Both the position numbers and the translations under genes were made by a program. From assembly GCA_944325515.1 (NCBI GenBank), contig CALVAO010000002.1, forward strand, positions 149,091-213,090: a stretch of DNA of 64,000 bases, written 5' to 3'. The stretch is from Candidatus Gastranaerophilales bacterium (GTDB lineage Bacteria; Cyanobacteriota; Vampirovibrionia; Gastranaerophilales; Gastranaerophilaceae). Below the pieces are notes generated by a model that was given only the letters and a program-made list of their open reading frames with translations, made no database searches and was not told where the DNA came from. Positions 40,620 to 49,433 of this stretch are shown in pieces; position 1 is the stretch's first letter; each line of letters opens with the position of its first letter.

Positions 40620-41048
40620 TTATTGCATTCCGTCATCCTGTAAACACCCCTCCAGCCTGCTTATAAGATATTCAACATCACTGATAAAATCCGGAATAAC
40701 TGCAATTATTGAATCTGTGTATTTCTCATTATATTCATACGAAGTAAAATTTCTTTTTTCTCTGTAGTCTGTCCAGTTTTCAAAATTTTTAATTAAATCA
40801 AGCCCGTACATTTCTCTGAAAATATTATTTATAGTTAAATCTTTTTCACTTTTATCATACTCTTTTTTCAGAAATTTATTCATTATTTTTTTTGAGGTTT
40901 CATAAGTATATTCAAACCTCTTTATACATGAGTCTTTGATATAATCCTTCATTTTCTTACTGGGTTCTGCAGAATAATCATCATAACACTCTTTAAGAGT
41001 TTTTAAGCTGTTTTTCAATATATCAAGATTTAATTCGGATTTTTTCAC
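40620..41048 (-). CDS. HEPN-domain protein, HI0074 / nucleotidyltransferase-substrate-binding family
   Basis: IKRFEYTYETSKK ... NWTDYREKRNFTSYEY follows the family pattern (IqRFEytfE ... W..m...RN.tsHtY). Tyr replaces the His of the Rx4-6H motif. Confidence 0.65.
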   Translation of the reverse strand: MKKSELNLDILKNSLKTLKECYDDYSAEPSKKMKDYIKDSCIKRFEYTYETSKKIMNKFLKKEYDKSEKDLTINNIFREMYGLDLIKNFENWTDYREKRNFTSYEYNEKYTDSIIAVIPDFISDVEYLISRLEGCLQDDGMQ

Positions 41049-41057
41049 TGCAAACCT

Positions 41058-41900
41058 CTACAGTTTTTGTCTCAAAATTGAATTAGACCCCTGGCAGGTT
41101 ATAAAAAGCATATTGCCTTCAACATGCAAGCCGTACGGTTTATCGATTTTGGAAACCAGAACAGATGCAACACCCTGCGGCGTAATTTTTACAACATTGT
41201 TGGTATTATAGTTGGAAACATATATATTTCCTGCGTAATCGCTTGCAAGACTAATCGGACCGCTTATCAAAGTACTTTTCAGAAATACGATTCTTTTGCC
41301 TTCCGGTGTGATTTTTAAAATTGTATTATCTGAAAAAGTTGCTACGTAAATATTGCCTTGAGCATCGGTTGTAATTCCGGTAGGACTTAATATATTTTCA
41401 TAAATACCGGATTTATCCGCAATTTTAGAGGGCGCATTAGTTTTTTGAGGCGGAAGCGTAGTAGAAATTTTTACTGATTCCGCAAGTTCCTGCCCGCGTT
41501 GATAATAGCTGCTTGAAGGCGGAATAAGACTCAAATATTCTGTTGTCTTAGTATAGTCCTCGAGTTTGGAACTCATCAAGGCAAGTTTATATATGACTTC
41601 ATAATCATTAGGGTTTCTCAAATACACCTGTTTATATATTGATAAAGCTTCTGCATATTGTTTAAGATATTCAAGAATTGTTGCCAGATTGTAGTATGCA
41701 TCAATATAATCCGGATAAGTTCTTATTGCAGAGCGAAAAGATTCTATTGCACGTTCATACATTCCCAGTTTGTAAAAATCAATGCCTTGATTGTAATCAA
41801 GTTTTGCATCCACAGGAATTTCTGCTGCATATACCGACATTGAAAATAATAAAAGAATTGTTGCAAAAATCTTTTTTAGCATGCTGATATTATACCACAC
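41058..41900 (-). CDS. secreted TPR plus NHL-like beta-propeller repeat protein
   Basis: Signal peptide (the likely start MLKKIF is at 41882), N-terminal TPR-like repeats, and C-terminal repeats such as GNIYV(A/S)...NN.(I/V)(L/V)KITP(E/Q)G. Confidence 0.55.
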   Translation of the reverse strand: MWYNISMLKKIFATILLLFSMSVYAAEIPVDAKLDYNQGIDFYKLGMYERAIESFRSAIRTYPDYIDAYYNLATILEYLKQYAEALSIYKQVYLRNPNDYEVIYKLALMSSKLEDYTKTTEYLSLIPPSSSYYQRGQELAESVKISTTLPPQKTNAPSKIADKSGIYENILSPTGITTDAQGNIYVATFSDNTILKITPEGKRIVFLKSTLISGPISLASDYAGNIYVSNYNTNNVVKITPQGVASVLVSKIDKPYGLHVEGNMLFITCQGSNSILRQKL

Positions 41901-41927
41901 TTTTAGATTTTACGATAGAATATAAAT

Positions 41928-42776
41928 ATGAAACCAAAAGTAATAGCAGTAGTGGGACCTACCGCAAGCGGAAAAACAAAACTGGCTATTGACCTTGCTA
42001 AAAAGTACAATGGCGAGGTTATTTCAGCTGATTCAAGGCTGGTTTACAGGGGATTTGATATTGCCTGTGCAAAGCCGGATATGCAAGAACGAGAAGGTAT
42101 TCCGCATTATCTAATAGATATGGTGGAGCCGGAATTTGATTATTCTGCAGGAAATTTTTATGATGATGCGAAAAATGCTATAAATCTAATCCTTGAAAAA
42201 GGTAAGATACCGATTATTGCAGGCGGCACCGGATTATATTTCAGAGTTCTGCTCGAACATTATAATTTGCCGCGTGTTGAAGCAGATTATAAATTGCGGG
42301 AAGAGCTGGATTTAAGAGAAAGAGAAGATTTGCTTGCAGAATTAAAATCGCTTGATTCAGAAGCTTTTGAGAGGCTTAAGGATGCAAATAAAAGGCGTAT
42401 TGTAAGAGCTCTTGAGGTTATAAAAATTTTAAAAACCCCTCTATCTCAAATGAATATCCAAAAAGAGCCGGAATATGATGTAGAATGGATGATGCCGGAC
42501 ATCAAATCCCGTGCGGATTTGTATGACAGAATTAACCGCCGTGTCGATAGTATGGTTGAACGGGGCTTAATAGAAGAAACAAAATCACTTTTAGAAAAAC
42601 ATGGCAGAATTAAAAATATAGTTGATACCATCGGCTATAGAGAGATTATATCTTATCTTGACGGATATTATACTCTCGAAGATGCTCTGAGCAAGTTAAA
42701 ACAGCATTCAAGGAATTATGCCAAACGTCAGCTTACATGGTTTAGAAAAAATCCGAATTTAAAAATTACGTGCTAA
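41928..42776 (+). CDS. miaA: tRNA dimethylallyltransferase
   Basis: P-loop VVGPTASGKT, DSRLVYRG.DI, IPHYLID and IIAGGTGLYF motifs. Confidence 0.9.
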   Translation: MKPKVIAVVGPTASGKTKLAIDLAKKYNGEVISADSRLVYRGFDIACAKPDMQEREGIPHYLIDMVEPEFDYSAGNFYDDAKNAINLILEKGKIPIIAGGTGLYFRVLLEHYNLPRVEADYKLREELDLREREDLLAELKSLDSEAFERLKDANKRRIVRALEVIKILKTPLSQMNIQKEPEYDVEWMMPDIKSRADLYDRINRRVDSMVERGLIEETKSLLEKHGRIKNIVDTIGYREIISYLDGYYTLEDALSKLKQHSRNYAKRQLTWFRKNPNLKITC

Positions 42777-42834
42777 TCCTAATGTGTAAATTCCATTTTG
42801 CCGGCTGACCTTGTTTTTTCAGAATAATTAAAAA

Positions 42835-44004
42835 TTGCTATTTATAATTATATCTGATAATATAAAAACAGGGAAAAAATCGTTGTTTATATCAGCTGTT
42901 CAAAGTTTCAATACATTGCAAAACCGGAGATACAATAATTACTCCGTACTTAGAAATCCCTGCAAACATCCTGTATTCTGCTCCATTATACAGACAGCAG
43001 AAGGAGCTGTACGAAAAGGACATTCAACATCTGCCGGCAAACCTCTTAAGTCATTAAAAAATATTACCTGTCCTTACACCGGTATTAAAATGATTCAGAG
43101 CTCTAAGATAGGTGCTTTTGAACTGCGGCTGGCAAAATGTAAAACACCCGTTGATTATGTAAAACTTCTGGGAGGGTATGCAGATTTTTTACAGCCTGTG
43201 GAAAAAAAGATGTACAAAATTTTTTCAGAATATGCTGCTAAAAACCCCGAGGGGAGTCTGCAAAAATGCTTAATAGGCATGTATAATGCAAGCTTGACAA
43301 AGCTTAAACTTGAAGAATTTAAGGTGCTGGATAAAGTCGACCGTATGTCTAATTCCCTTACTCCGGAAACTGCATTGGAATTGAGAAAAAAGACTACCAG
43401 ATGCAGAGAGGTTATTATTGCAAATGACTCGGAAGACACTTTTAAGAGAAAAACATTTTTAAACTCTCTTGATGAAATCAATTATAAACCGGAAGAAAAG
43501 AAATTATTTGAAAGAATCCGTGATCAAGCATTATATCTGCCGACATCCGCAAGCAGTCCAAACGCTTTTGTCGTAAAGTATGTCAACCGTCCGCAGCATG
43601 AAATCGTACGCCGTATTTTCCTTGCATCAACAACAACTATTGAACATGTTACTCCGGCTTCAAAATACGGACAAAATGATATAGGAAATTTTATGCTAAC
43701 CTCGGCAAACGGAAACAGATACAGAGAAAATATGCCACTTACAAAATATATTGACCGCTTCCCTTTTATACCCGCTTTTTGTCAGAAATATATTAATGAA
43801 ATAATTCAAGCTATCCATAAAGGCGCTCTCAAGGGAAACGAATCTTATCCATACAAAATTAAAAAGAAGCTTGCGGATGAATCCGAAGGACGAATCAGTT
43901 TAAATCTTTCAAAATATAAGTATTCTGAGCAAAAGGCTGAAGAAATTGAAAACGCTCCACGCCGAAAAAAGAAAAAAAAGTTAAAAACCGTTCAATATTT
44001 CTAA
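42835..44004 (+). CDS. hypothetical protein with C-terminal HNH-like motif
   Basis: TIEHVTPASKYGQNDIGNFMLTSANGNRYRENMP resembles an HNH core (H..P.S..G.....N..L....N). The start is uncertain: TTG at 42835, alternative TTG at 42883, first ATG much later. Confidence 0.4.
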   Translation: MLFIIISDNIKTGKKSLFISAVQSFNTLQNRRYNNYSVLRNPCKHPVFCSIIQTAEGAVRKGHSTSAGKPLKSLKNITCPYTGIKMIQSSKIGAFELRLAKCKTPVDYVKLLGGYADFLQPVEKKMYKIFSEYAAKNPEGSLQKCLIGMYNASLTKLKLEEFKVLDKVDRMSNSLTPETALELRKKTTRCREVIIANDSEDTFKRKTFLNSLDEINYKPEEKKLFERIRDQALYLPTSASSPNAFVVKYVNRPQHEIVRRIFLASTTTIEHVTPASKYGQNDIGNFMLTSANGNRYRENMPLTKYIDRFPFIPAFCQKYINEIIQAIHKGALKGNESYPYKIKKKLADESEGRISLNLSKYKYSEQKAEEIENAPRRKKKKKLKTVQYF

Positions 44005-44856
44005 TACTGCATCAAGCTTGCCGGAATCAACATCATGACCGCCGATAGGGAATAAAACATATTTTTTTAATATTCCCTTCTGCTCCGCATTTTTTGCAAG
44101 TGCTTCCGACCCTTGATATGTTGTTATTGAGTCATTTTTTGATTGTATTATGTATGTCGGGCTTTCAATATTTTTAATTTTTCGCAGAGAATTAAAATTT
44201 AAACTGTACAGCCATTTCAACGGCTTGCATTTATCAGTAATTTGTTTGACTTTCTCAGGAACACCAATGCCGATTCTTTTATTCAGCATGAATTTTTTGC
44301 CTATATAAAGTAAATTAGTTAAAGGCGAGATAAGAATTAAAGATTTTATATCTTTATGCCTGCTTGCAAAATCCGCTGCAAGAGCACCACCCATACTGTG
44401 CCCTATAACGGTTATGTTCTCGGGTTTAATTCCTCTTGTTTCTGTAAGATATTTATAAGCTTTATCAACATCTTTTTTTAACCCGTCCTCTGTCAGTTTT
44501 GATTTTTTATTTGAACCGTAGCTTCTGTATTCTACAGCGCATATTCCTGTATTTAAATCCAGAATTGATTTATATAATTTCTGGTAATTACTGACGTTTT
44601 TACCCATACCATGAAGAAAAAATATATAATTTTCAGAATTTAAAGGATTGATATCTAATAGAGAACTTTTTCCCGTTTTAACAGTTTTTGTATTTACTGC
44701 AAGTTCATCCGCAAAAGTTTCAAGATTAGTACGTGAAACTTTTGCCATTCTTTTAAAAAATCTGCTTGTATAAACTGCAATGGGGTTAACAGCATTCAAC
44801 TCTGCCGCCCCGCCCCTGTAAGTATGTTGATTATTACTAATACCAGATATTTTCAT
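43981..44856 (-). CDS. alpha/beta-hydrolase-fold protein
   Basis: Nucleophile elbow GHSMGG, upstream HG-like FFLHGMG, and late D and H residues (GGHD). Confidence 0.7.
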   Translation of the reverse strand: MKISGISNNQHTYRGGAAELNAVNPIAVYTSRFFKRMAKVSRTNLETFADELAVNTKTVKTGKSSLLDINPLNSENYIFFLHGMGKNVSNYQKLYKSILDLNTGICAVEYRSYGSNKKSKLTEDGLKKDVDKAYKYLTETRGIKPENITVIGHSMGGALAADFASRHKDIKSLILISPLTNLLYIGKKFMLNKRIGIGVPEKVKQITDKCKPLKWLYSLNFNSLRKIKNIESPTYIIQSKNDSITTYQGSEALAKNAEQKGILKKYVLFPIGGHDVDSGKLDAVLEILNGF

Positions 44857-44966
44857 ATGCTATTCTATTCCGTGCAAAATTAATTATCTCACAAAAATTT
44901 TTTTTGAACACTTGAATTATTTGTTTATTATTATATAAAATTTTATTAGAACCGGAAGGATTAGCT

Positions 44967-47471
44967 ATGCAGAAAAATAAAGAATCAAAACCGGATAAAA
45001 TAATTATCCGGGGTGCAAAAGTCCATAACTTAAAAAATATAGATGTTGATATTCCGTTAAATAAAATCGTAGGTATTGCCGGAGTTTCCGGTTCCGGAAA
45101 ATCATCTCTGGCTCTAGGCGTGCTGTATGCAGAGGGTTCAAGACGCTATCTGGAAGCCTTATCTACATATACAAGGCGAAGAATGACGCAGGCTGCAAAA
45201 GCACAGGTTGATGAAATTCTCTACGTTCCGGCAGCACTTGCGCTTCATCAACGTCCGGGGGTGCCGGGGATTCGCAGCACATTCGGAACCGGTACAGAAT
45301 TATTAAACAGTTTAAGGCTTATGTTTTCGCGTTTAGCTAACCACCGGTGCCCTAACGGGCATTATTTGGAACCTTCACTGCTGGTTGCTGCCGGAAAAGA
45401 ACTCGTATGTCCGGAGTGCGGTGCACATTTCTATGCCCCCGGGGCAGAAGAACTCGCGTTTAACAGCCAAGGAGCATGTGAACGCTGCGGCGGAGTCGGA
45501 ACAGTAAGAACGGTAGACGAAACAACGCTTGTTCCGGATGAATCATTAACAATAGATGAGGGTGCTGTAGCTCCTTGGAATTCTCTTATGTGGTCTTTAA
45601 TGACTGATGTTTGCCGTGAAATGGGTGTCCGGACAAATGTTCCGTTCAAAGAACTTACAAAAGAAGAAAGAGAAATTGTTTTTCATGGTCCTGCAGAGAA
45701 AAAACATATTTTCTATAAAGCAAAAAATTCAAATCAAGCCGGAGAAATTGATTTTACCTATTATAATGCCGTCTACACAGTCGAAAATGCTCTTAAAAAA
45801 GTTAAAGACGAATCCGGCATGAAACGCGTTGAAAAATTTTTAAAAGAAGAAATTTGTCCTGTCTGCAAAGGTACACGGCTTTCAGAAGCTGCACGCGCGC
45901 CAAAACTGCAAGGAATGTCGCTTGATAAAGTATGTAAGCTGAGTCTGAAAGAATTAATAGAATGGGTTGAAAATGTTCCGCTTTCTCTTCATGCAGAAAT
46001 GCGTCCGATGGCAGAATCAATCTGCGAATCGTTTCAAACTGCTGCCAGACGACTGATGGATTTGGGGCTGGGGTATCTTTCGCTTGACAGAGCCGCTTCC
46101 ACACTTTCTACCGGAGAAAGACAGAGAATGCAGCTTGCGCGTTCCGTGAGAAACAGGACAACAGGAGTTTTGTATGTTCTGGATGAACCTTCAATAGGTT
46201 TACATCCGGCTAATATCAAGGGGCTTAATGACGTAATGCATGACCTTGTTGCAGACGGAAATTCAGTTATACTTGTAGACCATGATACACAGATTTTATC
46301 GGAATCAGACTGGATTATTGAACTCGGTCCGGATTCCGGAAGCGACGGCGGAGAAATTATCACACAGGGCACCGTTGAAGATACCGGCAAAAATTCCGCA
46401 TCAAAAATAGCCCCTTTCTTAATAGGTGAGTATAAAGTTCGTATCCGTCCGCAGTTAAAGAAATCAAACCTGTTTGATAATGGCGAAATCCATCTTTCTA
46501 CCTCAAAAATTCATACAGTTAAACCTCTTGATGTTCATATACCTATTGGAAGATTAACAGTCATTACCGGAGTTTCCGGTTCGGGAAAAACTACATTAAT
46601 TTTGGAAAGCTTAATTCCTGCTCTGGAAAATTTGATTGAGGGTGAAAGCATGCCGGAGCATGTAAAAAATATAACTGCAGAAGGGATTAAACGTGTAAAA
46701 CTAATTGATGCAACACCAATAGGTATCAATGTACGCTCAACCGTGGCAACATATGCAAATGTACACGATGAACTCAGAAAGGTTTTTGCAAAAACTTTGG
46801 ATGCAAAGCAGGCTGGATATAAAGCAGGAGATTTTTCATATAATACAGGCTCGCTCCGTTGTCCGACATGTGACGGAACCGGCAGTATAAGTCTTGATGT
46901 TCAGTTCTTGCCGGATGTTGAAATTTCTTGTCCGGATTGCAGGGGTTCACGTTATTCTAAAAAAGCAGAAAGTATTAAATATGTATCTAAAAATAAAGAA
47001 ACATATTCTCTTCCACAAATAATGGCAATGGATATCAGCCGTGCACTTGATGCATGTAAAGATTTAACAGCAGTAAGACAAAGGCTTCAAGTCTTAAAAG
47101 ATTTAGGACTCGGGTACCTTACCCTTGGTGAAGCAACACCGAGCCTTTCCGGCGGTGAAGCACAGCGGCTGAAACTTGCTTCTGAAATGGGAAGAAAGCA
47201 GGAAGATACAGTTTTTGTATTTGATGAACCAACTATAGGACTTCACCCTCTTGATGTAAGACAGCTTATAGAAGTTTTTCAGAAATTGATTGAAAAAGGA
47301 GCTACTGTTGTGGTTATAGAACATGATCGTGAAGTTATATCTAACGCCGATTATATCATTGATATGGGACCAGGTGGAGGCACCGACGGCGGAGAAATTG
47401 TTGCTGCCGGAACTATTGAAGACATTATTGCTTCCGGAAGTATTACCGGAAAATACTTAAAACAAATATAG
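44967..47471 (+). CDS. UvrA-like ABC ATPase, class II paralogue lacking the UvrB-binding domain
   Basis: Two ABC modules ([20 protein letters not shown]; [16 protein letters not shown]) and Zn modules. Only about 18 residues separate CPNGH from CPECG, where canonical UvrA carries a ~130-aa UvrB-binding domain. Total 834 aa. Confidence 0.75.
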   Translation: MQKNKESKPDKIIIRGAKVHNLKNIDVDIPLNKIVGIAGVSGSGKSSLALGVLYAEGSRRYLEALSTYTRRRMTQAAKAQVDEILYVPAALALHQRPGVPGIRSTFGTGTELLNSLRLMFSRLANHRCPNGHYLEPSLLVAAGKELVCPECGAHFYAPGAEELAFNSQGACERCGGVGTVRTVDETTLVPDESLTIDEGAVAPWNSLMWSLMTDVCREMGVRTNVPFKELTKEEREIVFHGPAEKKHIFYKAKNSNQAGEIDFTYYNAVYTVENALKKVKDESGMKRVEKFLKEEICPVCKGTRLSEAARAPKLQGMSLDKVCKLSLKELIEWVENVPLSLHAEMRPMAESICESFQTAARRLMDLGLGYLSLDRAASTLSTGERQRMQLARSVRNRTTGVLYVLDEPSIGLHPANIKGLNDVMHDLVADGNSVILVDHDTQILSESDWIIELGPDSGSDGGEIITQGTVEDTGKNSASKIAPFLIGEYKVRIRPQLKKSNLFDNGEIHLSTSKIHTVKPLDVHIPIGRLTVITGVSGSGKTTLILESLIPALENLIEGESMPEHVKNITAEGIKRVKLIDATPIGINVRSTVATYANVHDELRKVFAKTLDAKQAGYKAGDFSYNTGSLRCPTCDGTGSISLDVQFLPDVEISCPDCRGSRYSKKAESIKYVSKNKETYSLPQIMAMDISRALDACKDLTAVRQRLQVLKDLGLGYLTLGEATPSLSGGEAQRLKLASEMGRKQEDTVFVFDEPTIGLHPLDVRQLIEVFQKLIEKGATVVVIEHDREVISNADYIIDMGPGGGTDGGEIVAAGTIEDIIASGSITGKYLKQI

Positions 47472-47496
47472 ACGATATTTCTAGCTGTTTTTCTAT

Positions 47497-48672
47497 CTAT
47501 AAAACTTTTACAACTTCTCTTATATCATCACTTGTAATGTTATTAAGAGCAAGTTCTTTATGAGAATTATTAAGGACGCCTTTCTCTTTTAGCAGTGTCA
47601 AAACTTTCAAGATTAAAGTCTGATTAGTACTGTCAAGAAGCGTTTCTAATTCCTCTATCTCATCAACATAATCAATTGCAAATGAAACAAAATCACTTTC
47701 TTCATACAATTCATCATAAAATAAACTCTTCAGTTTATTCCGGTTTACGCCGGACAAAAGATTGTTTATTGCAAAAACCTCTTCTTTGGTATTTTTATCA
47801 CAATCAAACAAATATTCTTCATTTGCCGTAAGTTCCGCAAATTTATCTTTTGCCAGCCTCAAGAGAACCGCAGAAGAACTGGTTAAGTTTTCCAGATACA
47901 GCTGTTCAAACACATTATACAGATTGTAATCAATCGATGCATTAAGAGGAATAATTTCCGGCATTGCACTAACAATATAGCATAATACAAGAATTGCCGT
48001 ATCCGGTGCTGTTTTTAAAAGTTCTTCTATAGAAACCAGATACGGGATTTCAGATGCAATGTTTTCCGACAGTGTAGACTTTTTCATAACATCAACAATT
48101 TTTTCGAGAGCATCTTTGGCTTGATATGTAACGAGAAATTTAACAGCATTATACTGCTCAAACTCGTCTTGAGAATTAAGTTTTTCAAACGCCTCTTGTT
48201 TAGAAATTTCGTCATTCATTTTTGACAAAACTTCAATAGAATTTACACTGAGCGGTTCAAAATCAGACACTGCAGTTTGTCTTATCAGCGGAAGCAGCTC
48301 TTCAAGATAATTCTCCGGAACAAAAGAAAAATACTTTACAACATAAGCCTTTTGCCCGTCTGTTCCGTTTAGGAATATTTCCTTCATCGCCGGCAAAAGT
48401 TCTACTCCGCCAAATTCGTACAATACCTCCGCAATCATAGTATCATACGAAGGTGAGTAATAATTCAAAAAATTCATAAGGTTTAAATAATTGTCTTTGT
48501 TGCAGGCTCTCTGAATTCTTCTGGCAACATTATTTTTAACAAAATCAAACAAAAAACTATCCTGTTTAACCAGTTTTTCAAACAAGCCTGTATCAGCATT
48601 ATCTACAAGGGCTCTTGCAACATTTTCGTACTCAGCAGGATCTTTGCCTGTGAGTTTTTTAATCAAATCCAT
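47497..48672 (-). CDS. hypothetical alpha-helical (HEAT/ARM-like) protein
   Basis: 391 aa, helical-repeat-like composition, no motif recognised. Confidence 0.4.
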   Translation of the reverse strand: MDLIKKLTGKDPAEYENVARALVDNADTGLFEKLVKQDSFLFDFVKNNVARRIQRACNKDNYLNLMNFLNYYSPSYDTMIAEVLYEFGGVELLPAMKEIFLNGTDGQKAYVVKYFSFVPENYLEELLPLIRQTAVSDFEPLSVNSIEVLSKMNDEISKQEAFEKLNSQDEFEQYNAVKFLVTYQAKDALEKIVDVMKKSTLSENIASEIPYLVSIEELLKTAPDTAILVLCYIVSAMPEIIPLNASIDYNLYNVFEQLYLENLTSSSAVLLRLAKDKFAELTANEEYLFDCDKNTKEEVFAINNLLSGVNRNKLKSLFYDELYEESDFVSFAIDYVDEIEELETLLDSTNQTLILKVLTLLKEKGVLNNSHKELALNNITSDDIREVVKVL

Positions 48673-48769
48673 AGCTCTTTAATCCTTTTAATCAAAAATA
48701 ACGTCTATTTACAGCTGATTAACAGAAACTTGTTCTCTGTTTCTCCCTCTATTTCCCCGTTGTTAAGCT

Positions 48770-49342
48770 CTAATCCAGATAAAATACCGTTACAACTTTA
48801 TGGTTTTCTTCTGCATATTCAACTGCAGTATGAAGAGTTTTACTGGTATGAGAAAGGAAGCAGATGAGCTGGTTACAGTCATCAATAATTTCTCTGTTGC
48901 AAACTCTTGATGCATCAGCAAGTGTCATCATTGCTCTGTCAGCGTGTTCCACAATATTCGGGACACCGATTAGCTGATCTTGAACATCAGAAGGCTGTTG
49001 ACCTATTGTCTGGGGTAAAATAACTTTTAATTTGTCCGGATTAGACTTCATTGCGCCTCTTATTGCAGCGGCATTCGTACCGCAGGAACCGCCGGAGGTA
49101 ATAATAGTATTACCCTGTCTAACAAGGGCAGTTGTTAGAGTTTCTATCATCTGCTGATGGGTGATAGCCAGATTTCTTGAACCGATAATTGCAATTCTTT
49201 TTGCCGGCTGTTTTATAGTTGCTAATTCCATAGCAAGCTCATCAACAGTATCCGGCGAAGATTCCGCCACATCCATATCTCCTATCGGAACCATAATGGA
49301 GGGTTGTTTTTCTTCGTCAATAGAATTCAAAATATCGTTCAT
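48770..49342 (-). CDS. stand-alone DprA/Smf-like (SLOG-type) Rossmann-fold protein
   Basis: IAIIGSRNL.....M.E.L...L...GNTIITSGGSCGTNAAAIRGA.....KLKVILP ... NREIID.CNQLICF follows the DprA Rossmann-core pattern. No SAM or wHTH extensions are present. Confidence 0.45.
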   Translation of the reverse strand: MNDILNSIDEEKQPSIMVPIGDMDVAESSPDTVDELAMELATIKQPAKRIAIIGSRNLAITHQQMIETLTTALVRQGNTIITSGGSCGTNAAAIRGAMKSNPDKLKVILPQTIGQQPSDVQDQLIGVPNIVEHADRAMMTLADASRVCNREIIDDCNQLICFLSHTSKTLHTAVEYAEENHKVVTVFYLD

Positions 49343-49433
49343 CGTACCACCTTTAAAAAATAATTGTCATTCATACATATTTTGTGTATGCTGATATATA
49401 ATATCACAAAACTGGTAATTTGGGAATAGGGGA

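Noticed and set aside
40534-41057. Hidden nucleotidyltransferase (MNT) partner gene next to the HEPN protein
   Set aside because: The flanking gaps are only 86 nt and 9 nt, and no ORF with a GS...D.D motif is present on either strand.
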